64,000 bases of DNA from the human T2T-CHM13v2.0 reference genome, Homo sapiens, in the NCBI RefSeq assembly GCF_009914755.1, contig NC_060931.1; one strand, written 5' to 3'. The notes under the pieces were generated by a model that was given only the letters and a program-made list of their open reading frames with translations, had not been told where the DNA came from and searched no databases. The position numbers and the translations under genes are program-made. Each line of letters opens with the position of its first letter. Positions within the stretch are counted from its first letter, which is position 1. Below are positions 15,880 through 30,529 of this stretch, piece by piece.

Positions 15880-16560
15880 AGATCATCGTCCTCCTCTCCA
15901 TTCTCACAACCACTGCCTCAGTTTAACCACTGCCCTTGTGACATCCCACCTATACCATGTGGTAGCCTCCAGCCTTGAGTCTCTAAACAATCGAATCTAG
16001 TCTCCACATCAATGCTGAGTATCTTTCTAAAATGCCATCTGGTCAAAGTGCTCCCCCACCTACAGGATTAATTCAAATTTGTTATTGAGGCATAAAAATC
16101 CACTTGTGATCTATCCCCTGCCTACCTTTCCAATCGCATCTTCTGACATTTTCCCAAAGGTATCCTTTATTCCAGCCACAGTAAAATACTTGTTCTCTGA
16201 CAATAACATGTTCTCTATAGACAGCTTTCTACCCTGAAAACCTGTCCCCACCTTATCCCCTACCCTTTCAGCCCTTAATTCTACTCTGAAAATTCCTGTT
16301 CAGGTGATTTAGCCTGCATTATTTTTGTGGAAGTTTTGATGACAACCCAATGCAAGTTAGGGGATTTTTTTCCCCCTGGGCTCCCATAGCATATTATTTG
16401 AGTCCCTATTTTACGATTTCCCACATTACACTGTATTGTTTCTTCATGTCTCATTACTCTCCAGATTGTAAACTCTTTACAGGGAGGTGCCTTGAGACTC
16501 TCTTTATCTGTATTTCCCACTGCTCACTCCATGTTTGATAAATGCATTAGTCATTGGATT
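15880..16560 (+). mobile_element. L2 fragments including the 3' end
   Basis: ATCTTTCTAAAATGCCATCTG...CCCCTGCCTACCTTTCC...AGATTGTAAACTCTTTACAGGG. Confidence 0.55.
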
Positions 16561-17261
16561 CTGAATGCTGGGACTATGGACATAGCCAGCTCTAGCCTAT
16601 CTTACCTACTCTCTCCTTTAAAGGAAACCTTATTACTTTCTCTGCTGGACCTGTTTCTAAATCAAATTAAGATAGCAAGATAATTATATATTATTGTCAA
16701 TACTACACATAACTTTGTATTATCATTTTTAAAGCTGCAAGACAGAGAAGCTAGCTTAAAGTGTTCAAAATCTGGTTATTCCCGACTGAAGAAGGAGATT
16801 TATACATTTAATTTAAATCCAAAGTGTGCTGAACCCTCAAAGACTGGCAATGATATCTTCATTTCAAAGGGAAGGTTATAGTTAGACCATAAAATTGTTT
16901 GGTATTTGGATTCTCTTCATAATCCTGCCATATAAATTTACAGACTGATTTGTTTTTACATATCTTTGTCATCCTAGTTATTTTTATTTTTCCAATGGCA
17001 TCTGCTTTTTGTTTGCTTCTCTCCATCCCTAACTTAAATCCAATTTACTGACACCATTGGCTGAACAGCTGCAGGATGCCTTTGCCCTCTCTGCTTTTGT
17101 TCTTAGGATTGCTCTTTCTTCTCTGCTGCAATCCCCAGACCTTACTGGGATGACTCCAACCCTCCAGCACTCAGGTCCTACTTCTTATATTGCCCCAAAG
17201 CTGATTAATGGTGGTTTCTTCTTCTGGATTGGCAACTGTGGTTTAGTATGAATGGAACTAC

Positions 17262-17430
17262 TTAATAATAACAGTGGTGGTAGTAGTAATATTTATTGAA
17301 CATTTGCTATGTGCCAGATACTCTGCTAAACAACTATCATATAGATTGTCATAATTCACTTTCATAGCACTCCTATGAGAGCTAGTGAGTGAAAGATCTC
17401 AAATTCAAACCCACACCCATCTGATTACAG
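17262..17430 (-). mobile_element. MIR SINE
   Basis: ATTTATTGAACATTTGCTATGTGCCAG...ATTCAAACCCAC. Confidence 0.6.
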
Positions 17431-17690
17431 GATAAAGCAGCAGCTGCTTAGCAGGGCTTGTGAAGAAAAAAGGTGAGAAATTCTATCTCTGTTCCTCTAC
17501 CTGATTACAGGTTCCCCTCCCTGTCTTCTCACCTCACCACCTGCCTCCCTGATGGACCACTGATTGAAAGGACTGTTAATGAGATTTTTGCTCTCTCTCC
17601 TCTGCATCTTTACCTTTTCACAGCCAAGCAGGCAGTGGTTCTTCCCTGCATTGTTATGGCTGGACTGCCCAGTACACAGTAGTGTCATAA

Positions 17691-17730
17691 AACACACGCA
17701 TACACACACACAGAGGGAGAGAGAGAGAGT
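17691..17730. repeat. (CA)n(GA)n microsatellite
   Basis: Directly visible. Confidence 0.85.
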
Positions 17731-18259
17731 GCAAATATGCACCACCAAGATTTTAAAAACAGCTCTGAAGAGATACTTTTCCTGCACAATCAACATCTCA
17801 CTTCTGCTTAACTCCTGTGGTCTTTTCTGTTGACCCCCCTTGGTTCCTGATCCCGGGTACACCTCTGCCAAATAAATGCATTAAAACAACAATAACCTCT
17901 CATTGCTATCATTTTGCAAAAGAAACAATATTTTAAACACCAAACTAGACATAGTCTCAGATTGAGATATCTCTTAAGCAAAATAAATTTACCTTTATGA
18001 AAAAATATATGCTAGACTCATCTCCCAATACTAAAGCCATGTAGCCTACCACGATCTCAATCTTTAGATTGAGAAACAAACCTGGAACAACTCACAGACT
18101 CTCCAGTGCCAACCATTCTGCGAGAGTGATGTCTGCACTTCCACGCTCCAGATTCAGGAGAGATTTGAAGTAGCTCCTCTTCACAAAAAGGTAGGCATCC
18201 TTGGCTTGCATCACCTCCCTATTCTTTTTACTCATTCGTTGTTCAGAGAGTTAACCGAC

Positions 18260-18435
18260 CCTTTTCTGAGCTACTCCAGGACATTGTACAGACTTCTGTT
18301 CTTATTATAGTATTTTTGGGTTACAGTTTGTCTGCCTCCTCCACTGTATTTTGAGCTCCTAAGGGCAAGGGTTTTGTCTATCTCATTTTGGCTTCCTCAG
18401 TGCCTAGCGCACTTTAGGCACTCAATCTGTTGAAC
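18260..18435 (+). mobile_element. L2 3' end
   Basis: TGAGCTCCTAAGGGCAAGG...CAGTGCCTAGC...TAGGCACTCAAT. Confidence 0.65.
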
Positions 18436-19309
18436 AGAACTGACCCCTCACAGAAAAAAAACAAGCTCACTAAATTAATGGGAGGAACAGAGCTCAATGA
18501 AGTGTTTGGCAGAATAATTTTGTTAATGATTTTTAAAATTTTGTCAGTAATTTAAGACTGTAATCATTTTCAAACAGTTATTTAATTTTTGAGTCTTATT
18601 TTCAGTGAATGTAGGTTATATAAATTCCATTTCTAGATCTTTCCTTTTCCCACTGATGTCCCAAAGCAAAGGAATAAAGCTAGAGACCAGAGGATCCTAA
18701 TAGGGTCATTATTCTCATTTGAGAACAATAACCTTGGAATCTCACCAATCACAATACCAGCTAGAGATCTGTTAGTCATTAATGATAAAGTTCATGCAAA
18801 GTTAAAACTATGTCTTAATCTCTTTGGGAGGCCCCATTACTTAGTATGTAATCAAATAATATATACTAAGTGAGTGAATAGATTAATTATTTTGGCAGAA
18901 AACTTAGTGTTCTAGTTTCTAAGAATAGAACAGTAATCCTCAGTATTTTTGTTCAGGGAAGTTGGGGGCAGGAGAGAGGAAGAGATGGGATAAGAATGAG
19001 CTGACAGATATATTTCATGCTCAGTGGTCTCACTTGAAATAAAGACATCACTTCCATGTTGTCTTGTCCTTTGATGCGAGTTTCTCAAAGACATCCAGAC
19101 TGATCAGAGATTGTCTACACTCAGCAGTCCAGTCTTGATACTTTCTTAATCCATAGTCAAGAAACATGAAAGATATGCAAATTGTAAATTGTCTCTCTTC
19201 CATCTTCTCTCTCCTCCCTGAGTTCTATCTTTCTGCTTACCATAATGACTTAATAAATTGATTCTTAATTCAAGTTATAGAATTAAATATTATGTCTGAA
19301 ATACCACTG

Positions 19310-19580
19310 GATGCATTTTGAACTTCCCACCATGTACTAGGCACTACTCTAGGCATTGGGTATATTGTGATGAAGAAAACGAAGGTCATCCCTAATTTCA
19401 TGGAGTTTTATTCTGATAAGAAAGACAGATAGTGACCAGGAAACAAACATGTACACAGTTTCACAGAATGATAAATGAAGACAGTAAAGTGGAGAAATGG
19501 AATAAAGATCACTGAGGAAGTAGGATACAGCCACCTTACAAATATAGTGACCAGGAAAAATATTTTTGAGGAGGTCTCAG
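19310..19580 (-). mobile_element. L2 fragment
   Basis: CCATGTACTAGGCACTACTCTAGGCATTGGG...TCATGGAGTTTTATTCT. Confidence 0.6.
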
Positions 19581-22500
19581 TGCTAAAAAGAGGAATAATT
19601 CCTCCCTACTCAAGCCAACTTGCTCAACGACATTTATCAATCAGAGTCATTTTCAGTTATAGCCTCCTTCAAAGAAGGGTTTATGTCAAAGTTCAGTGAC
19701 TTATAAGAGATGTTCTATAAGTGGCCATTACCTGATTAATCTTCCTTGCATATGCACTTAGAATCCCGTTAACTGGAAAAATCATTGGGTTGCTCCAATG
19801 AGCCTCTGACAGTTACACAAGAAACTTATTCCTCATCAAAGATTTACCCAAACTACCAGAGACCACCTGACGATGTGTTTTACTTTCTTTCACCCTAAAT
19901 GCTCTTCACCCACTGGGATATTATCTGTTGACATGCAACATCTGTTGTTCATTTTCGAACACTAATCCCTGCGGTGTGTCCTTTGGGTGATCAAGCTTAC
20001 TCTAAAGCTTGCTATAAAATATTCAAGAAGATTTGGACTCTCCTATTTTTCCACTGACATTTTTACCCCTCCTTTGATTTCAACTTGATTTTATTTTTCC
20101 TTTGCTTCCCTTCCCACTATTTTACTTCTTTCTTTAAGTAGGGCTTTTCTGTTCTTCTATGTGTACACACTGCTTTGAGCACATGCTCTTAAACTTACAA
20201 AGCTCACACAATTCAAGCAAGTTATACTTTTAGAAAAAAATCCCTTACACTAGCATTATTTTATTAGAAAATAAAACTTTTTAAAAGGTCAAACCTATTC
20301 TTCTGGGAAAAACATGTTTTTCATATTTAGGGTCAATCAAAATTTATACTTCAGAGACCTGTCATAAACTCCTAGGTGTTAGGAACCCCTCCTTCATCAC
20401 TGACTTTGAAGTTAGGAGTTTAAACCAAAGATAATAAAAAGAATCACACTTATATTTATACTTGTCCAATACCTTCATTCCAAGACATAATAACAACCTT
20501 CAAGTAAATTAAACTCTCAATCACTTTTTTCACAGATAAATATTATGATGAATAAGTAGTAGTATGTTAATCTGCCAGACACACAATAAAAACTGTGCTA
20601 AAACTAAAATAACAGGTCTCCATGAATTATTTCTATTATATTTTCTCCTCCTTCTGCTTCCAAGAGTCCTCCCTTGCCCTATCTTTCAATTTGCTCTGAA
20701 GTGGCTAATTTTGATATGAAAGACTTCTGTCTTCCAATCATTTCAATGACAATGCACTGAAATTGTTAAACAGTATGTTACTCGATATTAAAACTACGAC
20801 AGAATGGGTTCATTGGGAAGTATAATTTGTTTGACATTTTCATCTTTCCAGATGTTACAGAAGTTTCCTTTATTCACCAAGCCAAAGAACTGGGATACAT
20901 AAATAGCTTTGAAATTGACAGGTAATTTCAAAATAGTTTACAAAAATCAAATTTTTTCCCTGATTCCTTCTCCACGCCTTCTCTGAAAATTTCAGGAGCA
21001 ACATTTCCTATGAGCAAAGTGCTCAAAAGGTAACATGTTCTTCACTTCTGGTACATTTTTAAAATTCCATAAAGTATGTCATAAGACTCTTCCTAAATCT
21101 TCAAAATTCCTGGTCCTATGACCAATAAATTAATCAAAAGCCATATGTTATCTAGTGAGTCTCCCCAGGACATGATAGATGTCCATGTGGCCTACAATCT
21201 AAATACTGGGCAGCTCAGGAATTCTGTGGAGGGAGAGAGGATGGAATGAGAAGCAGAGACCTATTCACATCCCAGCTCCATTCATATCCATCCTGGTAAC
21301 TCTGGGCAAGGCAAGCCTCCTCTACAGGCCTCAGGTTCAGGCAGAGATGGAGTAAAATAAGGACTTTTGACTCTAATTTCCTTTCTTGCTTTAAAAGTAT
21401 AACTTATTCATTTGTTGAAAGTCACCACTGGAAAGCAACAGGCAAAGTAATCGAGAATAAATAAACCACACTGTGTGCTCTCCAGCCCCATTTTCACTTT
21501 AAACTGTCCCACCAGTACTCCTCACACAAATCAAGACAGCTGGGTTAACTCGAACCTTGTGGGGAAAGCATTTATATCACCACAGGAAGGGGATTCAGAG
21601 TACTCAGCCTCTACTAGATTCATTAAAATGGGTACATAGACCAGAGAGCACATCAAGTTAAGATTTTTCTAACACAGAGATCCAGCTCTTTCAAACATTA
21701 GAGAATGCTTCCAATTGGAGGAAGACTTAGGTGGCATTTCTCCCCTAGTAGAGGAGCTGTTCCAGAAGCACTTTGATATGCCAAGAGAATTAATTCAGGT
21801 GACCAGAGCAAGGGGTTTCCACATGTGCAGGTGGTGAAGCCTATTCATGAAACACTTCCCAGCAGCCCAACCCATAAGGAAGTGCTGCCTCCAGATCTGT
21901 TTGAGCACTGCTGCAGTCTGGTTTCCTCCTTAATGTGGAAAACCTATGTTTCTGATTATTTTCCCAAAACTGGCATGAACTAGCAGTGAGTAACACATTG
22001 CAAAAGAGCTCTGTGCTGGGCAGCCACACAAGCTACGGCCCTTCAGATCCAGTGTGGCAACACTAGGAAAGGGTCGGGCCTTCTGGCTCCCACCACAGCC
22101 CCTCTGCCGAACAGCGCCGTGGGGCCACCTCACACAGGCCTTTCCACCTGCCCACCCCACACTGGCTTTTCTAAGCTGCCTCTTGCTTTGCAAGGTCTCC
22201 CAGCTTCATTCACACTGCAAATTTCATTCCATTACCATGTCGAAGCCTCCTCCCAGATTATTAATCAAGATGTGAAATAAGATAAAACCTAATCCGCAGT
22301 CCCTCAGCTACGAATGCTCAAAGCCAGGCTCATTAAACATATCTGTCAACAATGGATTACACCAGCCTTAGGCCCCAAATTGATTGGAAGTCAGGAGGAG
22401 GCAGTGGGGTGGGTTTGGGGGGAAGCATTTGGTTGCACAATATATTCAAAAGAAGGAATTCCTTTTAAGGTGTGGCCAATTAAATCTGTTCAGAGATAAG

Positions 22501-24324
22501 TATAGGCTATACAGTTTTATAGATTCTTTTCTCCAGTTGTTAATGGCAGCCGAAGTGATGGGAACACAGAACTGGTAATTCATGTACCATGTGTGTGAAA
22601 AGCTGAAAATCATTATGAATGGAAGTAAAGCAATATGCCATCTTGGAAGCAAACCCAGTGAATTCTTGCATGGATTCAAATGCTATTTCCTTGTGTCAAA
22701 AAAAAAAAGAGAGAGAAAAAAAAATATTGAATTCTGTTTAAGTGTTTAAAGTCACATTTCACTAAGGTTCTTATCTATCATCCTGTCATTAGCATCCTCA
22801 CCACCATCCCCATCCTGAGATACTTTGTATTTATATTGGGCTTTTCAAGTTCAAAGCACAAAGCAGACATACCAGGCAATTAATCACTTTGAGGAATGTG
22901 AGTTGGGTGGAATGCCTTCCCAGCAAATGTATTCCTAACGTGTCACTGGAGGATCCAGTCAATGGGAGTGTTCCTGGCCCACAATTTGATGTCGTAAGTT
23001 GGCAGTTTGTCAGATTTCAAATATACTTTTTTACCTACCAAACTGACAGCCCTATTTACTGAATCAAAGGAAAAGTGATTTTACCAATCTTTTAACATTA
23101 AGAATTACTCTTCTCCATTTGGGTGTTTTGGGTAGTAGCCACATTTTATACACATCAGAAGGAACAAAAAGCATGGGAGAAGTAAAATTAAATAAATATA
23201 TTAGTTGTTTTACAATGAGAAAGTGAGCAATAGGGAAAAAAATCAAATCTGAAGAGATTTATAATGGGAAACAGATGTGGACATGAAAGTGATTTGAAGT
23301 AACCAACAGGCTCCAGACATCTTCCAAGAATATGTTTCATATACATAAACATTTAACAGCACAATAACTAGGCCAAAATTGCCCAATTTCAAAACTTCAC
23401 CTGCGTTCCTAAGTTTGCTTTTTGTTCCTTGAGATTAAATAGGACAAGCAGAGTTTCCCATATTTGAGCTGTTTATTAACAATTATTTATGATGGACAAT
23501 GAAATGAGGCATATCTGTTTTGCTTTTCTGTCCTGGTAGGTTTTATATTCTGCTTCCAATTCCCATACCCCCGTGCTGTTCTATTTGAATTTCCAATGCA
23601 GCAGAGGAAATGGCTTCTAAAATATTAAAATCCTGTTTTCATTGACTTTCTTTACGCTTTGTGACCACATTTCTATTCAGATCAGGTTGCACAGCTTTTA
23701 ACTTCTCCAAGTCTAAACTTAAAGTTAGAGCAACTTCATGGTACTCCTTAAGTGGATATCTCTTATAACAAGGGAGAACGCAGTCTGGAAACTTCAGAGC
23801 ATCCAGGCCGATGGGATGACTCTTAAAAAAAAAAAAAAAAAGAGATTTTTATTCCAGTTTTCTGATTTTTTGAAATGGTCTTGAACTACAACTGCATTTT
23901 GAAACAGGGGCTCCTTTGGAGCAAGACACCAATCTGGTAAAGTTTCCAAGAGAACAAACTTGCCTGGGTTCACATGGCTGAAAAAGAAAGTCTCAGCCAT
24001 GTCCCCAGTACTCACCCTATGATTTCTCTCCTGACCTCCAATCTTGCATTCTCTAAATCTCAATTTTCTACACAGGAATTCTTCTTATTGTTCTCATATT
24101 ATCCCTTTTGCATATTGCTTGGCCTCCCTGAAGGCCAAGAAATGCAGTCAAGGAAAATGAAGCTGGCCATTCTCTATGAGACAATCAGGTTCTAAAGCCT
24201 CAGCTCAGTCTCCAAAGAAAAATTATCTGTGAAGTTGAACTTGGGGCCTCCAGAGTCTGCCCCCAGGAATCCTGATTGCCTTTCCCTAAGTAACAACCCT
24301 CACTGTAATATTACAGTTCTAATA

Positions 24325-25045
24325 ATTAATGCCTCTATGCTGTTTTATAGTTCACAAAGCATTTTCATATCTTCACAAGAGTTCTGTGACAGAAGGTGGC
24401 AGGTTTTGTGTTAGCTATAGTTTACAGATGAGGAAACTTTCATTCAGAGAGGTTCTATGAATTGTCTAAGATCACAAAGATAATTAGTAGAGAAGCTAGG
24501 GCTCTACATCAGGACTTCTAATTTCCAATCCTATTTTCCTTCCTACATACTGCTTGTGTTCCTATCATTTCATTTCCTGAAAGCAGGGTCATTCTCAGAA
24601 GTTTTTGTTTTCCTGGCGCCTCCCTTTCCTCTCAAGTACAAGTAGTTGACAGAAGGTTTGGGAAATCCATTCAGACTACGGTCAAACACCCTGTGGGCGG
24701 ATGTGGTCTGTCTAAACTCCATCCCAATTCATTTCACTTGGATCTAAAGTAAGTCTCGGTCATGTTACAGATGGTTTTTAATTTAACAATTACTTATGAA
24801 GCACCTTCTTTTCAGGCACTAAGCTCTGAGGAGATAACAATCGATAAGACTGACCCCTCGCCAGCCATTGAGGAGCTCACAGTCTAAATTAGACATATAA
24901 TTACAGTCAAATAGAACAAGTCATACAAAAGAGGGCACTCAGGGCACTGAACATAAATGATCATGGAAGGCTTCCTGGAAAAGGTGGCATCTAAATTAAG
25001 GCCTGAAAGATGAGGTAGCCAAGTGAAGAGATGGGGAAAACTATT
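24325..25045 (-). mobile_element. MIR/MIR3 (~24325-24550) and L2 (~24785-25045) fragments
   Basis: TTTACAGATGAGGAAACT (MIR); GAGGAGCTCACAGTCTA and GGAAGGCTTCCTGGAAAAGGTGGCATCT (L2). Confidence 0.65.
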
Positions 25046-25074
25046 TCAGTTAAAATATATATGTATATTTCACA

Positions 25075-25215
25075 GGCGAGTTGTTGTTTTATGGATATAG
25101 AGTTGCAGTTTGACAAGATGAAAAAGTTCTTGAGATCAGTTGCACAACAATGTGGAGACATATAACATTACTGAACTATATGTATTTTAACTCAATTAGA
25201 AATAAAATGTATGCA
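25075..25215 (+). mobile_element. L1MB-like 3'UTR fragment
   Basis: ATGGATATAGAGTTGCAGTTTGACAAGATGAAAAAGTTCT...TTGCACAACAATGTG. Confidence 0.7.
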
Positions 25216-26074
25216 TTTTTTTTGGCATGTAAAATGAGGCTAAGACCAGTCCCACTTAATGTAAATCCCAGGCCACCATTCCTGAACCTTTTACTGATTT
25301 TACATCATTCCCTGGTGAGAAATTTCAGTCCCGTTATTGATTAACTCTGATAAGAGACAATCCTAAGTAAAAGGAGTATTAATTCTGGTTTTTCCGAACT
25401 TCAGCCTCCTGAAGAGCTTACCTCCTTTATAGACCTCCAGAGCTCCTCCAGACCTGCCCAGATCAACCATGTTAAAGCACAAGCAAGGGAACTTTTCTTT
25501 CAGCTGAGGCCAGGCTAAGGCAAGGGAGAGAGGATCCAGGCATGATGATTTAAAATGGTGCCAATCAAACAAACTCATGTAAATAAATTATCTTGTGGTA
25601 AGAAATCCATGCCTTGCAGGTTCATCTATTCCTAGGATTTTGTGGGTTTTAAAAAATTGGTTTAAATAATGTTCCTTCTGAGCATCCCTAGTTTGAATTG
25701 GCAAGGGGAATAGGATATTCCATTTGTAGTGGTAGCAGCTTCTGAATCTCTGGAGGGCTGGGAAACCCCGACAGAGTAGAAGCAGTGAGGAAGGGGGCCC
25801 TGGGCCTAGTGTGATTGCTGCTGCTTCCCACACAGGGTCAAATCATACTAGTCCAGCACACCAGGCATATTCCCATTTTCTCAGAACACTAGGAAGAACT
25901 GTCAGCATTGGGACTTTCAAAGCTGGAAATTCTGTGAGGAAAATGTGAGCAACAGGAGGAAAAGGGTTACCCAAGAGCCATCTCACCTGGTTTCTCCCTG
26001 TGTCCCTCCTTCCCTACCCTTCCCCATTTACTTACTCCAGAAAATTGTACACTCCTCATAGGCCAATGAGTGAC

Positions 26075-26468
26075 CGACTTGTCCATTTTCTATTGCTATA
26101 ATGGAATATCACAGAATGGGTAATTTATAAAGAAAAGGAGTTTATTTAGCTCATGATTCTGTAAGCTGGGAAGTCCAACAGCATGATACTGGCATCTTGC
26201 AAGGGTGTTCATGCTGTGTCATAACATAACAGAAAGTGAAAGGGCAAGCAAGTGAGTGCCAAAGAGAGCACAAGAGAGAGCCAATCTCACTTTTATAACA
26301 ACTCACTCCTTCAAGAACTAACTCCCATGATAAAAGCATTAATCCATTCATGAGAGCTCTGCCCTCATGACTCAATCACCTCCTATAGGCCACACCTCTT
26401 AATACTGTTATATTAGCAATCATGTTTCCAACACATGAACTTTTGGAGGACACATTCAAACTACAGCA
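26075..26468 (-). mobile_element. MSTC/MSTD-like MaLR solo LTR
   Basis: GGGTAATTTATAAAGAAAAG...TTAATCCATTCATGAGAGCTCTGCCCTCATGAC...GGACACATTCAAACTACAGCA. Confidence 0.8.
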
Positions 26469-26545
26469 GTAATCATATAGGTTCTGAGGTACACCAAGCC
26501 TGAAACTGCAAGGTAAGCAATACTAAAAACCTACCTGAGATTCTT

Positions 26546-28840
26546 TTGTTTTTTCAACCCATTACTTCAAATACTTATCATGTACTCCTTCTGTCTACCT
26601 GAAAACTGTACCCTCTGACCAACATCTCCTCATTCCCTCCACCCAGTCTCTGGTAAGCACCAATCTGCTCTCTGCTTCTGTAAGTTCTATTGTTTTAGAT
26701 TCAAAATATAAGTTAGAACATGTGGTATTTGTCTTTCTGTATATGGCTTATTGTACTTAACATAATGTCCTCTAAGTTCATTTATGTTGTTGTGAATGAC
26801 AGAAGTTCCCACTTTTTTAAAGGATAAATAGCACTCCCTTGTGTTATATGCCAAATTTTCTTTATCCGTTCATCTGATGATGGACATTTAGGTTGATTTC
26901 ACAACTTAGCTATTGTGAATAATGTTACAGTGAACACAGGCATATAGATACCTCTTTGACATACTGATTTCAAATCCTTTGAATATATACACAGAAGTGA
27001 AATGGCTGAATAATATGTTAATTCTAGTTTTAGTTTTTTGAGAAACCTCCATACAGTTTTTCCATGTCTAACTTATATTCACACTCACAATGTACAAGGG
27101 TTCTCTTTTTTCCATATCCTTGCCAACACTTGTTATATTTCACTTCTTGATAATAGCGATCCTGAAAGGTGTGAGGTGATATCTTATTGTGGTTTTAATT
27201 TGCATTTCTCCAATGATTAATGATGTTGAGAATTTTTTCATATATCTGTCGGCCATTTGTATGACATCTTTTAAGAAATGCTTATTCAGCGCTTTTGTTT
27301 TTTTTTAAATCGGGTTATTTGTTTTATTGCTATTGAGTTGTTTGAGCTCCTTATATATTTTGGATATTAACCCCTTATCAGCTGTATGGTTTGCAAGTAT
27401 TTTCTCCAAGTCCATAGGTTGCCTCTTCACTCTATTAATTGTTTCCTTTGCTGTGCAGAAGCTTTTTAGTTTGATGTAATTCTATTTGTCTATTTTTGTT
27501 TTTCTTGCCTGAGCTTTTGTGGTCAAACCCAAAAAATCATTGCCTAGACCAATGTTGTATATATTTTCCTTTATGCTTTCTTCCAGTATTTTTACAGTTT
27601 CAAGTCTGATGTTTAACTCTTTAATATATTTTGAGTTGATTTTTGTATATGGTATGAGGTAAGGGTCTAATTTCATTTCTCTGCCTGTAGATATCCAGTT
27701 TTCCCAGCACCCTTTATTGAAGTGACTGTCCTTTTCTCGTAGTTTATTCTTGATACCATTGGCAAAAATAAGTTAACCATAAATGCATGGGTTCATTTTG
27801 GGCTCTCTCTTCTGTTACATTGGTCAGTGTGTCTATTTTCATGCCTATATCTTGCTTTTTAAATTACTATACCTTTGTAATATAGTTTGAAGTCAGGTAG
27901 TCTACTGCCTCCAGCTTTGTTCTTTTTGCTCAAGATTGCCTTAGCTCTTTGGGAGCTTTCATAGTTCCATATGAATTTTAGGATTGTTTTTTCTATATCT
28001 GTGAAAAGTAGCATTGGAATTTTGATAGGGATTTCATTGAATCTGTAGATCACTTTGGCTAGTATGGATATTTTTAAACATTAATTCTTTCAATCCATGG
28101 ACACAAAATATCTTTCCATTTATTTGTGTCATCTTCAATTTTTTTAATCAAAGTTTTATATTTTTCAGTTTACAGATCTTTCATCTCCTTGGTTGAATTT
28201 ATTCCTAAGTATCTTTTGCAGCTATTGCTTTCTTCATTTCTTTTTTGGATAGTTTGTTGTTAGTGCATAGAAATGCTACTGATTTTTGCTTTATTTTATA
28301 TGCTGCAACTTTATTCATTTATTAGTTCTAACTTTTTTGTGGAGTTGTTAGGATTTCCTATATATAAGATCATGTCATCAGCAAATTGCAATTATTTCAA
28401 TTATTCCTTTCCAATTTGGGTGCCTTTTTTTCCTTGCCTAATTGTTCTGGCAAGGACTTCCAATATTATGTTGAATAGATGTGATAAGAATGGGTGTCGT
28501 CTTGTTCCTGATCTTAGAAGAAAAACTTTAAACTTTTCACCCTTAAGTATGATGTTAGCCGTGTACTTGTCACATATGACCTTTATTATATTTAGATATA
28601 TTCCTTCAATACCTAATTGTTGAGGTTTTTATCATGAAAGAATGTTGAATTTGTCAAATGCATTTTTTCCATTTAATGAGATGATCATATGGTTGGTTTT
28701 TTTCCTTCATTCTATCATTGTGGTGTATCACATTTCTAGATGTGTATATGGTGAACCATCCTTGCATCTCTGGGGAAAATCATGGTGAATGATTGTTTTA
28801 ATATGTGGTTGGATTTGGTTTGCTAGTATTTTGTTGAGGA
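26546..28840 (-). mobile_element. L1MA-type LINE-1, 5'-truncated (~2.3 kb)
   Basis: Minus-strand ORF2 remnants ([14 protein letters not shown]; [12 protein letters not shown]). 15-bp TSD CTA(C/T)CTGAGATTCTT at 26531-26545 and 28841-28855. Confidence 0.9.
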
Positions 28841-28984
28841 CTATCTGAGATTCTTAAGTTCTATAAAATACTTATCTCAGAAAAAAGTCATAGTCAGCTG
28901 TGAACTCCAGCAAACACATCAGAATCTTTCAAAGGGTCCCCAAAGGTTTCAGGATGATGATCCAACCATCATAACATGGCACTG

Positions 28985-29240
28985 TTAAATATGCTGCTAT
29001 AACAAAAAAGCCAAAATACTGTGATTCATAGCAGACAGATGTTTTTCACCTAACATTACAGAAGGAAATTGGCAACCGACATCACTTTTGCTCATATCTC
29101 ATAAGCCATAACTAGTCTTAAAACTAGACTGGAAACTGTAATCTCTAGCTGGATATCCCTACGTTCAGCTAAAACTTGGAGAGTTTAGTTCCAAAATGAA
29201 AGAGGGGAAAACAGGTGTTGAGAGACAACTCAGGGTCTAC
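28985..29240 (-). mobile_element. Old MaLR LTR (MLT1K/L-like)
   Basis: TATGCTGCTATAACAAA...CATCACTTTTGCTCATATC...GACTGGAAACTGTAATCT. Confidence 0.55.
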
Positions 29241-30529
29241 GTTTTCTCCCACCTCTGTCTGTACATGCTATACTCAGAATGCCTCTGGCTTGGATAATTC
29301 CCTATATCCTTAGGACATAGTTCCAGCATCACCTTCTCTGGGACACAAGCCCCTACTCTGCACTCTCAGAGGATCTGTGCTTCTTTGTCTACCCCACCAC
29401 TTATCTCACTCTTATTGTAATTGTCTATCTGTCAGCTTTCCTACCAGACCAGGGTTCACAAGAATGGGCACCATATATGTTCTTTATTTTTATATTCACA
29501 GAGCCCAGGCTAGCTCATGGTTTCTAATGGGTGTATAATAATGACTGTAGAATGAAGGAAAAAAATACAAGAGCAGAAATGATCTGAAAATCCTAATTAG
29601 GCTTCTGTTTCAGATAATCCAAGAATTGTCTATATTATTTCTTAAAAGTAAGAATTTTAATTTTTTACCAGCCTAAATATGACTGGTTCCTAGTCTTGTC
29701 CATATTTCATATTAATTCTAATGCTCCTGCAAAGGCAGAGATTTTTTCTCAAAAATACTATTAAAATAACGCAGGCAACAAAGTGTGGCCATTAAATTAA
29801 GGAGGAAGTGGGTTACTTAGAATTTGGAAAAGCAGATTCGCTATAAAAATATCTTATGCATGCTAGTTTACCACCAAAAAAAAACCCTATTTTATATATA
29901 TAATAAAATAAAATCAATCTCTGCTATTCAAATTGGAATCTCCTATTGCACTGCAGTGTAGCATTCAATGCAACAGTGGGGAAAACACCAATGTTTGTAG
30001 AGCAGATGAAATCCTCTAGTTGGGCATTATTGTAACAGGAAGACATGAGTGGATGGAGAGCTCCACCTTGGGTAACTCAAATCCCCCACAGAGCCATGGA
30101 GAAAGAACACCTGGTCTGCTTCTTCTCACCCCATCTGCCCTGCACCTGAGCACTCAGCTATTGTTACTTCTCTGTTTCACCAACAGAAGCAAGGATAACT
30201 TGTCCCATCAATAAACAAGCTAACAACTCAACAGGCTTTTTTTTCTAAACTACTAACTTCACTGTAAACTAAACTAAAGAACTACGGAACAAGAAGAGTT
30301 GTCAGACTTCAGGAAAACCACTTCCCAGGGGTGAATTTTCGTTGAAAGAGTCACGTGGCCTGAAAACTGTTGGGAAATTCAATCCTGATCAAACGAAGCT
30401 CCTTCCCCAAATCTAAACCCAGGAGTGTCTCAACTAGAACAGGAAACTTACAACAGGAGTAATATTAAATACTGAAATTTCTATCACATGGGTAGCAATG
30501 CAGGAATTTCACATTGAAACCTAATATCC

